64,000 nt of DNA from a virus. Taxonomy: Duplodnaviria > Heunggongvirae > Uroviricota > Caudoviricetes. A program made the translations under genes and the position numbers. Under the pieces are notes generated by a model. It worked only from the letters and a program-made list of their open reading frames with translations. It had not been told where the DNA came from and did not search any database. The stretch is from the IMG/VR virus record IMGVR_UViG_3300031992_000010; one strand, given 5' to 3'. Shown piece after piece: positions 37,441-47,771 of the stretch (within the stretch, counting starts at the first letter, position 1; each line of letters begins with the position of its first letter).

Positions 37441-38442
37441 ATGAAACTTGACGATAGATTAAAGGAATTGGATGGCCAATGGTCGGTGACACGGCTCATA
37501 ACACCTATAAATATACAGGACTCGTATGAGGATCGTATGCTTGTAAATTGGGTACCCCAATATAAGGAGGTTGAGTTCGATAGATTATTGGATGCCTATA
37601 ATGAGGTGTTGGAAAACATCGACTCATATGAATTTGATGAAAAATTGAGGATACATTATGTGGCAAAAATAAACGAATGCCTTGAATACCTTACCGCATT
37701 TAAGGACCGCGACCCGATGGCGATAACAAATATCCACGGAATTACCGATCTTGGGTTTCTATTAAAACATAAAAAACGGTTGGATGAAATTTGTGAACAA
37801 ACCATAAATTATACATATCCGACAAATACATATGCACCGGAATATGCGACCGGTTACCTTCAATCGGTTCTTGACCAACGCCACCTGCCATATAGTTGTG
37901 AAACACGTGATATAATAGCAAAGGTTACGGTACAGCATAGTACCAATAAGGTGTATATAAATGGTTCCGCAACGTATGGACGTAATGAACTCCGCCGTCT
38001 TACGGAACACGAAATAGGTACACATATAGTACGTGCCATGGCCGGGAGTGAAAAGGGGTACCTATTCAAAAAAGGTTTTGCCAAGTATATCGAGTTGGAG
38101 GAGGGTCTTGCCATTTATAGTGAGGTGGCGGCGGGCTATCCGGAGGGGTTGGTTAGAACATACCTACGATTGGTTGCCACAAACCTTTGTATGGAAAACA
38201 CGTTCGAGGATATGTATAAAAAAATGTGTGACCAATTCCCAAATATTGACAAACAGCAAATTTACGATATATGTTTCCGTATAAAACGAGGTCTTGCCAA
38301 TTTCAATGACTTTGGGGGATATACGAAGGATCGGCTTTACATTACCGGATACCTCAAACTTTGCGATATGACAAGGAGTAAACGTAAAATAGAGAAAATC
38401 CGATTGGATGGAAAGACAAATTTTGATTATTATAAAAAATAA
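37441..38442 (+). CDS. DUF1704 / MATCAP-like metallocarboxypeptidase, second copy
   Basis: EHEIGTH, EEGLA, TKDRLYITGY. Confidence 0.8.
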   Translation: MKLDDRLKELDGQWSVTRLITPINIQDSYEDRMLVNWVPQYKEVEFDRLLDAYNEVLENIDSYEFDEKLRIHYVAKINECLEYLTAFKDRDPMAITNIHGITDLGFLLKHKKRLDEICEQTINYTYPTNTYAPEYATGYLQSVLDQRHLPYSCETRDIIAKVTVQHSTNKVYINGSATYGRNELRRLTEHEIGTHIVRAMAGSEKGYLFKKGFAKYIELEEGLAIYSEVAAGYPEGLVRTYLRLVATNLCMENTFEDMYKKMCDQFPNIDKQQIYDICFRIKRGLANFNDFGGYTKDRLYITGYLKLCDMTRSKRKIEKIRLDGKTNFDYYKK

Positions 38443-38445
38443 ACC

Positions 38446-38652
38446 GTGAGAACAAAATTCGAATTAAACGAGGTGGAGAAAAAACGGGCGGAGAAGTTTA
38501 TAAAAAAACATCTCCATCCGGAAACAAACCACGGCGCCATTGGCGGCCATATCTCATACACATTTATTCCAACCGGAATAGGCAATGCCGTTACAATAAA
38601 ATGTGGCGATTGTGATAAGGAGGAAAATATAACCGACTACGATTGTTGGTAA
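38446..38652 (+). CDS. small hypothetical protein (CxxC)
   Basis: GTG start, CGDC. Confidence 0.55.
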   Translation: MRTKFELNEVEKKRAEKFIKKHLHPETNHGAIGGHISYTFIPTGIGNAVTIKCGDCDKEENITDYDCW

Positions 38653-38847
38653 AAAACGTTAGGAAATATACCCTAACGTTTATTATATAAATATAGGAAC
38701 ATTTCAACGCCCGCCGCGAAAGGCCCCTAACACGGTGTGATGTTTTTTGAATGGACCGCCGTAAATTTAATTTTTTGGAAATGTTTTCTTGTAAAAGGTT
38801 GGAAAAACTTCCAACCTTTTTTATTTTATATAAAATATATATTCAAT

Positions 38848-39486
38848 ATGCCCGGAAAAGTAAAACGTAAGCCATCGATGATTTTGACACCAAGTGAGAA
38901 AACCAAAAACTTCAACCTATACGAGGACATCAAAAAATCCCCGTTATATAAGAAGCCGGTCACCAAACGCGATGACATCGCACGTGATTTCCTTGAAAAG
39001 GCCGCCGACCGGATTAAGCCGGGCTCAAGGATTGTTCCGGGTCAATTACTTATGTTTCAATACTTCAATCCAAAAACAAAGGAGGAACTTGAATATTATG
39101 ATGCCGCACCGGTAACCATTTTCTTCGGTATATACACGGCAAAGGAGGGCAAACGTATAATTGGATTCAATATCCACTATATACCGCCACGTACCCGCTG
39201 GCGTGTTATGGATGCAATCTTTAGATTATATCGGCCAATATTCCTCAAATATTTTGATTCGGGTATTTATAAGGAAATTGACGCCTTTGATTATCAATAT
39301 CTTATGGAGGAACTTGAAAGGGCAAAATTAAAATTTTGCGTCCGCCAATATGACCCACAGCGTATGGCAAACGTATTCAATATCCAGCCACAATGTTATA
39401 CGGCGGCCTGTTATACGGAGGGATGGTTTAAGAAACAAACGCGTCAGCAAATTTTAAACCATTGGTCGAAATTGAAAATGAAATAG
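38848..39486 (+). CDS. DNA end-protector protein gp2-like
   Basis: GQLLMFQY.NPKTKEELEYYD..P and GFNIHYIPP; start moved to MPGKVK. Confidence 0.75.
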   Translation: MPGKVKRKPSMILTPSEKTKNFNLYEDIKKSPLYKKPVTKRDDIARDFLEKAADRIKPGSRIVPGQLLMFQYFNPKTKEELEYYDAAPVTIFFGIYTAKEGKRIIGFNIHYIPPRTRWRVMDAIFRLYRPIFLKYFDSGIYKEIDAFDYQYLMEELERAKLKFCVRQYDPQRMANVFNIQPQCYTAACYTEGWFKKQTRQQILNHWSKLKMK

Positions 39487-39516
39487 ACAAAATTTATTAT
39501 ATAAAAAAATATTTTT

Positions 39517-40122
39517 ATGGAACATTTATTTGAGTATTTAATAGGTGGAAAAAAGATGGAGAAATCAAAATATAATTATTTCCCAAAGAATGTCGAGGAA
39601 CTAAAAACCTTGATTAAGGAATTGATTAAGGAGAGGGGGAATAATGCCGATCTAAATGATATTGACACCAGTGAAATCACAAATATGTACGCATTATTCA
39701 AGGGTATGGATAAATTCAATGGTGACATATCCCGTTGGGATACCGGTAAGGTAACCAATATGAGTTATATATTTAGTGGGGCAAGTAGTTTTAACCAGGA
39801 CATATCAAAGTGGAATACTGGTAATGTGGAAAGTATGAGTAATATGTTTATGGCAGCAAGTAGTTTTAACCAGGACATATCAAAGTGGAATACTGGTAAT
39901 GTGGAAAGTATGAGTTATATGTTCTGTGGGGCAAGTAGTTTTAACCAGGACATATCAAAGTGGAATACTGGCAGGGTAGTCAATATGCGTTATATGTTCT
40001 ACGATGCCAAGAATTTTGATCGGGATATTTCAAAATGGAATATAAGTAAGGTAATCAATACGAAATCAATGTTTGAGGGATGCCCAATAAAGGAGAAAAA
40101 TAAACCTACATTTAAACGATGA
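39517..40122 (+). CDS. YLIGG-leader BspA/DUF285 repeat protein
   Basis: MEHLFEYLIGG; 25-aa FNQDISKWNTGNVESMS.MF repeats. Confidence 0.85.
   Translation: MEHLFEYLIGGKKMEKSKYNYFPKNVEELKTLIKELIKERGNNADLNDIDTSEITNMYALFKGMDKFNGDISRWDTGKVTNMSYIFSGASSFNQDISKWNTGNVESMSNMFMAASSFNQDISKWNTGNVESMSYMFCGASSFNQDISKWNTGRVVNMRYMFYDAKNFDRDISKWNISKVINTKSMFEGCPIKEKNKPTFKR
39781..39971 (+). repeat. 75-nt period coding tandem repeat
   Basis: 41-nt identical core at 39781, 39856 and 39931. Confidence 0.9.
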
Positions 40123-40970
40123 AACAGTTATATGAATATTTAATAGGTGGATCCAAAAAGGGTCGGGCATCGGGTTATAAATTTCACCCCCAAACAAAGG
40201 AGGAGTTAAGCGATCTTTTAGAGGAACTTATAAAGGAACGCGGAATGGAAGGTGATTATAATGATATCGATACCTCACAAATTGAGGATATGACAAATCT
40301 TTTTGCAACAATGGATTTATCCGGGTTTAACGGCGATATTTCGAAATGGAATACCTCAAAGGTAAAATCAATGCACGGTATATTTTCCGGCTGTGAAAAA
40401 TTTAATTGTGATATATCCGATTGGGATGTATCAGGGGTTGAGGATTTTGATACCATGTTTTGGGGTTGTAATAAATTCAATCAGCCGATAGGACGGTGGG
40501 ATACCTCGAGGGCAAAAAAAATGCACGGTATGTTTTGGAACTGCACCAAATTTGATCAGGATTTATCACATTGGGATGTTTCAATTGTTGAGGATATGTC
40601 AAATATGTTTTACAATGCCATAAATTTCGGTAAAACCGGTGGTAATATAACCAATTGGGATGTAAGTAAGGTGACCAATATGACCGAAATGTTCAAAATG
40701 GCCTACAAATTCAATCAGGACCTGAATTGGGATTTAAAATCGTGTAAAAGCACGTCTATGATGTTCCAATCGGCGAAAGGATTTAATGGTGACATTTCAA
40801 AATGGAAGAATACCCTACACATTAAAACTATGGAGAGAATGTTTTATGATGCGAAATCATTTTATCAGGATTTATCCGGATGGAAAATACAGGATAAGGC
40901 ACCAAAAAGTGAAATGTTTGGAAAAACACCAATGGAATTTGAGAAAAATATGCAGCCTCAACGGGTATAA
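40119..40970 (+). CDS. YLIGG-leader BspA/DUF285 repeat protein
   Basis: MKQLYEYLIGG; FN.DIS.WD.S.V..M..MF repeats. Confidence 0.85.
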   Translation: MKQLYEYLIGGSKKGRASGYKFHPQTKEELSDLLEELIKERGMEGDYNDIDTSQIEDMTNLFATMDLSGFNGDISKWNTSKVKSMHGIFSGCEKFNCDISDWDVSGVEDFDTMFWGCNKFNQPIGRWDTSRAKKMHGMFWNCTKFDQDLSHWDVSIVEDMSNMFYNAINFGKTGGNITNWDVSKVTNMTEMFKMAYKFNQDLNWDLKSCKSTSMMFQSAKGFNGDISKWKNTLHIKTMERMFYDAKSFYQDLSGWKIQDKAPKSEMFGKTPMEFEKNMQPQRV

Positions 40971-41089
40971 TGAAATAATGACCAAAAAGTACCGTTATTT
41001 TTCATTTTAACGCGGATTTAAAAGGAGATTTGGTAATTTGTATATAAATCTACATAAAAACCAAAATCTCCTTTTATATTTAATATAAA

Positions 41090-44056
41090 TTATATTTTAT
41101 GGAATGCGTGTGTAAGTGTGGATGAATTTATTACCTTTCCATCCAATGAATAATCCAATTTTATCGAATAATACCCACGAGGCAGGGGTGTACCTTTTTC
41201 GACGTGGTCGCCTATTGTATAAATTATTGGCTGATTTACCGGCAAATCATCCTCGATATATTCATCCAATGTATCGAATGTCATATCATCCACGACATAA
41301 TGCTTTGGTTTGAATGAAATGGTTTTCCCGGTACTTTCGTTTACAAATGTCCACGTTGCGGTTATATCCTTGTTTTTTAATGTCATTGGGATATTTGGCA
41401 CGGCAACGACCAATTCATTATCCGACACCTCCATTTTACCCTCCAATTTTTCCAGCGTATGGAATATTGGGAAAATTCTATATTCGGAGATATAAAAACC
41501 ATCCTTTTCCTTTCCGATTGGCGTGCCTTGGGGGGTTACCGGGACGATTTCAATCCGACCGGTATCCAATTCGCCGGAGGATGTTATGTTTTGGATGTAT
41601 AAATCCTCATCCATTAGATTGAATACACTTTTTGAAGGTGAATATAATAATTTAAAATGAAGTTTTATATCATTCGTTTTATAAAGGTTTAGCGTTGGTT
41701 GTAGGTTTATTGTGGCCTTGCCGGATTCATCCAACTCAACCGGTATGGTTCTTGACTTTCCTACCACGGAACATTCAACACCCACCCATTCGATACCAAT
41801 ACCTTCCACCGAAAATTCCAACAGGTATGGGTCGGCCTGAATGACCGATATATGTGCGGTTTCACCGGTTTGTTTGATGAATATTTCATTATTATAATAT
41901 GGGATAAAACCTACATCGTTTTTAAACGTTGGATTCACCGCAATTAAATAATGGGCGGGAGGTGTACAACAATCCTCATATTCATCCACCTTATAACCGG
42001 AATTTATAAGTATTGATTTTAATTCCGGAATGGAGGCCATACGTCCATTTACATTCACATATTCAATCTCATCCGTATTAATTTTAATCATATGGTTTAC
42101 ACCAAATGAGTTACGTAACGGATTTGTGGTATATGGAAGGAATTGTGAATATTTGGATAATTCCATCGTTCCCCCTGTTCCGTAACGGTTTGATTTATCC
42201 TGTTGGGAATAAACGAAGTTATTGAATGTGAATATGCCATAAAGTTCGTTTGTATCCGTATTGGCAAGTATATTGTTTTCAATACGTTTAACCTTATATA
42301 GCTCAATAGGCTGCCAGGAATCATCCACAATGTTTAACATCAACCGTTTGATTAGCATTTCACCTCCATTGGTGAAGAATACAAAACGTAATTGATGTGG
42401 ACCCGGTGTTTTAATTAATATCGTTGCCGATATATTTATATCGCCTGTTTCCGAAGGGGTATATATATTATAATTATCAACCGGCTCCTTCGAATCATTA
42501 TCATACAATAATGTATGGATGACCATACGTTGGGAATCCTTGTTTGATATGGTAAAATTGATTGGAACCACGGCACCTATGCCACCAAACATATTTGCCA
42601 CGTACGTTTTTACATCGGCCTTTTTACCCGGTGTCAAATCAATACCAATAACATCGATATTTTCATCCTCGCCATATTTATCCCAATTACCCCCATCATA
42701 TTGATGTGAAAAAGGCGTATCCGGATAGGTATATGCAATAACATCCTGTAACCTATATATTGAATTATCCAACACATCACAATAAACACCGGTTGTTTGG
42801 TCGATGGTGTCTATGCGGGAAAGGTCGCAGGCGTGGAGAACCTTCAACGCGTTGGTATATACCTTATTTTCCAGGGCGGCGTGGATGAGGTCGAGGTGTA
42901 TTGGCATAAAATATGTCTCATAATAACGACCCAAAAGGGCCATCTTTAAGGCAAGGTCGCGGAATCCCCACATAAATGAAACCTTTTCAAGTTTTGGGTT
43001 TTGTTCATCAATAATATGAACACCCGGACGTCTTATTCTATGGAACCAGGCACCGGAGGTTTCACCTCCCTCATATTCATTTTCGTCACTAATATAATTA
43101 TATCGGTTTGTATTTTCATAACCGCCTATTTGCAACACACGGTGTTCGGGTGCGGTCTCATTATTAAGGGCACCGTTTGTAAACGCCGAATGAGGTGCAT
43201 TCTCCCCGCCTTCCAAATATGCCTCGTTTGCATTAAAATGGTCCTCATATTCAATATCACCATCCTCAATCTTTAGTTTATCCAAGGCGGCAAAGAGGCC
43301 TATATATGTGGTTTTAATATAATTTTTCAATTCGGTTTGGATTTCCTTTCCGGTGACACCCATTAAATCGAATGCCCTATACCAATCCTTGTCGTAATTT
43401 ACATATTTCCAATATTCCTGCAAATAAACGAGGTCACCCCACTCAAACCATTCCAATGAATTTATGAGCGAGTTGTAGGAACCTTTGTTGGCGATTATGT
43501 TTATATATTCCAATAATAATTCCTTCCATTTACGGTTCATAAGGATATTATCTATCGCAGGCTCCTTGACATTGCTTTCATATATGGCACGTTGGACGTA
43601 TGCGGGAATTTCCACACCGAAGTTTTTAAGGTTATCCAATAACCGTTCGTCCTCGATATAAAAATCGGCACCAATGGAATACGATTCGCCATTAATGTTT
43701 ACTGTTCCAATAAATTCACCGGCATCCGCGGACGAGGCAATAATATAAATCATATGGACGTAACCCATACCTTCATAGTCATAACCTGTTGAGGTTAATT
43801 TGTTGGTCCTCAATGTGTCGAGGTCGAGTTCCTTGCGGGTGTTGTTTATGTTTATTTTGGATACATCCAATAACATAAACACCGGAAGGTCCTCGTCCGG
43901 GATATTAACCTTTACATTTTGTTTCCTGGTGATAAAACAAATTTGTTTAACGTATTGAATGTTAACACTTTGCCCCTCATCAAACCAAAATACATAGGGG
44001 CGGCTTCCATCAAAAACGTTACTTGAATTAATATCTATAAACTTCAACTTTGCCAT
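41090..44056 (-). CDS. baseplate wedge subunit (gp7-like, tentative)
   Basis: Follows gp6-like gene; NKGSY...L.WF motif. Confidence 0.55.
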   Translation of the reverse strand: MAKLKFIDINSSNVFDGSRPYVFWFDEGQSVNIQYVKQICFITRKQNVKVNIPDEDLPVFMLLDVSKININNTRKELDLDTLRTNKLTSTGYDYEGMGYVHMIYIIASSADAGEFIGTVNINGESYSIGADFYIEDERLLDNLKNFGVEIPAYVQRAIYESNVKEPAIDNILMNRKWKELLLEYINIIANKGSYNSLINSLEWFEWGDLVYLQEYWKYVNYDKDWYRAFDLMGVTGKEIQTELKNYIKTTYIGLFAALDKLKIEDGDIEYEDHFNANEAYLEGGENAPHSAFTNGALNNETAPEHRVLQIGGYENTNRYNYISDENEYEGGETSGAWFHRIRRPGVHIIDEQNPKLEKVSFMWGFRDLALKMALLGRYYETYFMPIHLDLIHAALENKVYTNALKVLHACDLSRIDTIDQTTGVYCDVLDNSIYRLQDVIAYTYPDTPFSHQYDGGNWDKYGEDENIDVIGIDLTPGKKADVKTYVANMFGGIGAVVPINFTISNKDSQRMVIHTLLYDNDSKEPVDNYNIYTPSETGDINISATILIKTPGPHQLRFVFFTNGGEMLIKRLMLNIVDDSWQPIELYKVKRIENNILANTDTNELYGIFTFNNFVYSQQDKSNRYGTGGTMELSKYSQFLPYTTNPLRNSFGVNHMIKINTDEIEYVNVNGRMASIPELKSILINSGYKVDEYEDCCTPPAHYLIAVNPTFKNDVGFIPYYNNEIFIKQTGETAHISVIQADPYLLEFSVEGIGIEWVGVECSVVGKSRTIPVELDESGKATINLQPTLNLYKTNDIKLHFKLLYSPSKSVFNLMDEDLYIQNITSSGELDTGRIEIVPVTPQGTPIGKEKDGFYISEYRIFPIFHTLEKLEGKMEVSDNELVVAVPNIPMTLKNKDITATWTFVNESTGKTISFKPKHYVVDDMTFDTLDEYIEDDLPVNQPIIYTIGDHVEKGTPLPRGYYSIKLDYSLDGKVINSSTLTHAFHKI

Positions 44057-44071
44057 ACGTATAAATAATAA

Positions 44072-45766
44072 TTACTTAAATACAATTATTAATGGATCCG
44101 AAATGGAACCTTCGGTTTTTTCCCAGGCAAGATTATCATCCTTTGAAAGGTATGTCCAACCTCCCTTTAGAATAGGGAACTCATTGTCATTGTCGAGGTA
44201 TATATTACCGTGTTCGTCCATACCTAAACCGGGATCCTCGCCGGGATATAAATAAACAACCTCCTCCGATTTTTCGTATTTTTGTGTGCGGTAATTATAT
44301 GTTTTGGTTGGTATTTTATAATAACCATTCTTCAACGCACGCTCATTTTTCTCACTTAAAAAGTATGCATCCACGGAATCAATTTCCGGAATATTATTTT
44401 TAATAAGTTGGATTATATCGGATTTTGGAATGAATATATCACTATTCACATCGCTGAAAAATTCACCCACAAGGTTCCGGATATTTGCCTCGATGGATGC
44501 CTGATCGTATGCGGAATCCTTTAGCGTTATATATAAATATAAGGCATACCTGCATAATATCGGGTCAAAGATATTAAATACCGACCCCGCAAGTTGTTGA
44601 CCTGAATTTGTTATGGAGTCTATAATGGATTGTTTTTGGGCGTCCGTTAAAATAAAATCGGACTCATCAAGGTTGAAGTAATCCGAACCATTTTTAACCT
44701 TCGTCCTATAATTTTCCATTATAAGTGAATTTACAACGAGTGATCCCTCCTCACACCACGTTCTATTATAACCGCAAAATGAGAAACGATTTATATATAC
44801 CTTATAATTTTTTGGGTCACTCAAACATAATGAACGGGAATTATAGCCGATCATTTCCTTAACCTGTAATAAACTCTCCGCGTTGGTACCACAATATAGG
44901 TGGTTGGTTTTATCCAATTCGATTGTAAATAAATCGGCTCCATTAATTTCATCACCCACATTATTAATCAACTTATCCTTAAATACAAATCCACAAGGCT
45001 GGTCTATATCGATATTTCCGGCCGAACCGGTATGGATAAGGTATTCCACCACCATATAATCACCATCACGTATTACGCGGCCGTGCTGTCCATTACCAAA
45101 TACAATATCGATACCACCTGATATTCCGGCGCGGACTATATATTGATTTCCATTTGCCTCCATGTCATAAATGGATTCCACACGTTCCCACATTTCACCG
45201 TTTACGAATAAGGTAAAATAATCCAGGTCAATATTACCAATAATATTCAAATTCTTGGACCAAAGTTGTCCGCCGGTTGCCGTAAACGATTGTGATTCAA
45301 AACGTCCTTCCACAACATATAGGTATTTATCACTCACATCCTTATCGGTTGAAAGGTGGAGTGTTTCCTGCGGTAGAATAAGATTATATATCATACTATT
45401 TTGACTACACATCAATTTGGAATGGTCCGGTATATTTATTGATGTATTTCGGATATTGGTTGGCTGAAATTTGAGTATGACATTACACCCGGCCGCCTTT
45501 CCAAATGAGGGTGCATATCCTGTTAGTTGTGCAAGGCCGTTTATTGATGTCTTGCGTTGTGCCGTGGTTTTATTTTGTTCCGTAAGCGCATCCTCCAAAT
45601 AAAGAAGCACGTTTTGTACGGCGGAAATCATTACGTTTACCAACTGGCCAAAAATGGTATTATTCCCGAATGTTATATTATATTCGGAAAGTACCTGTGA
45701 AATCTTATCCTTAACAATATTGGCGAACTCACCATATTTTACCTGTACCAAATCAAAATATTTCAT
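44072..45766 (-). CDS. baseplate wedge gp6-like
   Basis: TAQRKTSI..LAQLTGY.P...AA motif. Confidence 0.7.
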   Translation of the reverse strand: MKYFDLVQVKYGEFANIVKDKISQVLSEYNITFGNNTIFGQLVNVMISAVQNVLLYLEDALTEQNKTTAQRKTSINGLAQLTGYAPSFGKAAGCNVILKFQPTNIRNTSINIPDHSKLMCSQNSMIYNLILPQETLHLSTDKDVSDKYLYVVEGRFESQSFTATGGQLWSKNLNIIGNIDLDYFTLFVNGEMWERVESIYDMEANGNQYIVRAGISGGIDIVFGNGQHGRVIRDGDYMVVEYLIHTGSAGNIDIDQPCGFVFKDKLINNVGDEINGADLFTIELDKTNHLYCGTNAESLLQVKEMIGYNSRSLCLSDPKNYKVYINRFSFCGYNRTWCEEGSLVVNSLIMENYRTKVKNGSDYFNLDESDFILTDAQKQSIIDSITNSGQQLAGSVFNIFDPILCRYALYLYITLKDSAYDQASIEANIRNLVGEFFSDVNSDIFIPKSDIIQLIKNNIPEIDSVDAYFLSEKNERALKNGYYKIPTKTYNYRTQKYEKSEEVVYLYPGEDPGLGMDEHGNIYLDNDNEFPILKGGWTYLSKDDNLAWEKTEGSISDPLIIVFK

Positions 45767-45772
45767 ATATCG

Positions 45773-46114
45773 TTATTCTATTTTAAATACCCTATTATAC
45801 ATTCTATTTCCACTAAACAATGCTATATTAACCAATATAATATCGCGTTGGGTTCCCGGTATGATATCCACACCTACATTCATTGTGACACCCATAAGGT
45901 CGACATTATTTCTAATGGTACTTTCGATATAGGCCTGTATTGATGCATTCGATTGGTTCAATTCATATAGGAACTTTTCAAAATCGTGTCCATAATCCGG
46001 ATCACCAAGAACGGTACATTTATGGGTACACAAAAGCATATCCAATTGTTCGAGTACGATATCAATGTTACTCGTCAATACAACACCATCATCGTTATAA
46101 TTAAAATCCATCAT
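45773..46114 (-). CDS. baseplate wedge gp25-like
   Basis: GDPDYG.DFEKFLYE; upstream of gp6-like gene. Confidence 0.7.
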   Translation of the reverse strand: MMDFNYNDDGVVLTSNIDIVLEQLDMLLCTHKCTVLGDPDYGHDFEKFLYELNQSNASIQAYIESTIRNNVDLMGVTMNVGVDIIPGTQRDIILVNIALFSGNRMYNRVFKIE

Positions 46115-46116
46115 AA

Positions 46117-47667
46117 TTATATATAATAATAATTTCCTGACGTTACCAATTCATTATTGCCATCGATAATATAATATTCACCTTCGGTCTCCTCCTGTGG
46201 AAGTTTGGAAGGAATGATTTTAAATATTACACCGCTATTATTTCTACCAACCTCAACAAAATCAATACCTTCAATACGCAACCTAAACGCATCCACCTTT
46301 GATTTGTATGCATCGAGGTTGATTGCCACATTTTCACTTACATCCGTGTGGATTTGGATACTGCCGGATTGCTGTGAGCGGAAGAATACCGGCCGGATAA
46401 TATTGGATTTATAGTTATCACTACGTTCCACATTAATAATTTTCTTTTCGATCCGGTTCACCGCCGAAATATTAAATACGTTCATATCGTCTATATTTTT
46501 ATAATTTATCTTTTCATTCCAATCCTCATCGATAATAAAAAATTTGAATACCTCCGGGGTTATAAACAGGCCTTCCGAGATAAGGTATAATGATAATACA
46601 TATTCATCCTCACGTTCCTCCGGCACCCAATTTTCCAACGATGCATTTTTTGGAATATCGTTTTTATTAAAATAAATATTCAACGTAACCTTAAATTCAA
46701 GTCCGGGTGTAAATTCCTCCCAACCGGTAAAATTGATATCCTTCCGGCTAAATTTACGCACCGGTTTCCAATCACCGGTAATAACCTCCATATCGGTTTT
46801 CACCTGTTTCCAAATATTCTCCTTATCCTTGACAACAATTTCAAATTGGGCATATAGTTTCGTTTCATTACAGTCCAATCCATATGTTTCCAAAAGGTAT
46901 TCCGAAAAGGTGTCATATACCTGATTATATTGTGTGTTGACATCTATGCAAGGTTTATATTTATAATTATTTATAAACGAAATTTCCAATTTCATTTTGT
47001 CATCCGGATTATTATCCAACATAACACTATTTATACCGCCGATATTATTTATCGACCGGGTCCAATTACCATTCACATCGAGGGTGACCGGTGTTAGGGA
47101 GAATGTAAGGAGGGAACCGGTATTATTCAACCTATCCGGTTCACATAGTATTGTCTGACGGAATCCCTTCCATTCATCCCCATAACAAAACAGAAATGGA
47201 TCCACAATCCAAATATCCTTATATTCATAATATTCATTGGCAAGGCGTTTGATACATTTATGTGTGAGTGCATCCTTTTGATTTATAAGTTGCGTGGATA
47301 ATATTACCTTTACCCCATTTATATATGTGAAAATTTCAAGAACAAAATTCTCCTGTTGTTCGGAATCGCTTTCAAGCGAATATACCGGGAATTGCACCCG
47401 TATCTTTTTTAATTTGACGGTTGACTCCGTATAATATTTATCGAATGGAATATATTCCTGTGGATTGATTGCCTTCCACGTATTATTATCCATTTGCTCC
47501 AATTCATTAAAATCCTGATGGATTATTTTCCCGACACATTCGCCGAAATATTTATACCTCAACTCAAACGCCTCGTCAAACCTGGTTTCATCCATATAAT
47601 CGACATAGTATTTATATGACGAATTATATTCCTGTGAGATTACATTGATATTGGCGTTTAGTTCCAT
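46117..47667 (-). CDS. putative structural protein
   Basis: 516 aa, first gene of baseplate operon. Confidence 0.65.
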   Translation of the reverse strand: MELNANINVISQEYNSSYKYYVDYMDETRFDEAFELRYKYFGECVGKIIHQDFNELEQMDNNTWKAINPQEYIPFDKYYTESTVKLKKIRVQFPVYSLESDSEQQENFVLEIFTYINGVKVILSTQLINQKDALTHKCIKRLANEYYEYKDIWIVDPFLFCYGDEWKGFRQTILCEPDRLNNTGSLLTFSLTPVTLDVNGNWTRSINNIGGINSVMLDNNPDDKMKLEISFINNYKYKPCIDVNTQYNQVYDTFSEYLLETYGLDCNETKLYAQFEIVVKDKENIWKQVKTDMEVITGDWKPVRKFSRKDINFTGWEEFTPGLEFKVTLNIYFNKNDIPKNASLENWVPEEREDEYVLSLYLISEGLFITPEVFKFFIIDEDWNEKINYKNIDDMNVFNISAVNRIEKKIINVERSDNYKSNIIRPVFFRSQQSGSIQIHTDVSENVAINLDAYKSKVDAFRLRIEGIDFVEVGRNNSGVIFKIIPSKLPQEETEGEYYIIDGNNELVTSGNYYYI

Positions 47668-47721
47668 TTGTTTGAATTTTATAAAAAAATAATATCAATA
47701 TAAAAATTTTATAAGAAGGAT

Positions 47722-47750
47722 TAAATTTTTTCCGGCTGTATGATATATTA
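47722..47750 (+). promoter_or_regulatory. bipartite motif
   Basis: TAAATTTTT-TCCGGCTGTATG-ATATATTA. Confidence 0.7.
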
Positions 47751-47771
47751 TAAAAAATTTGGAATCAAATT

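Noticed and set aside
39781-39971. CRISPR or DGR template/variable repeat
   Set aside because: Coding DUF285 repeats; differences are not adenine-specific and no reverse transcriptase or cas gene is in the window
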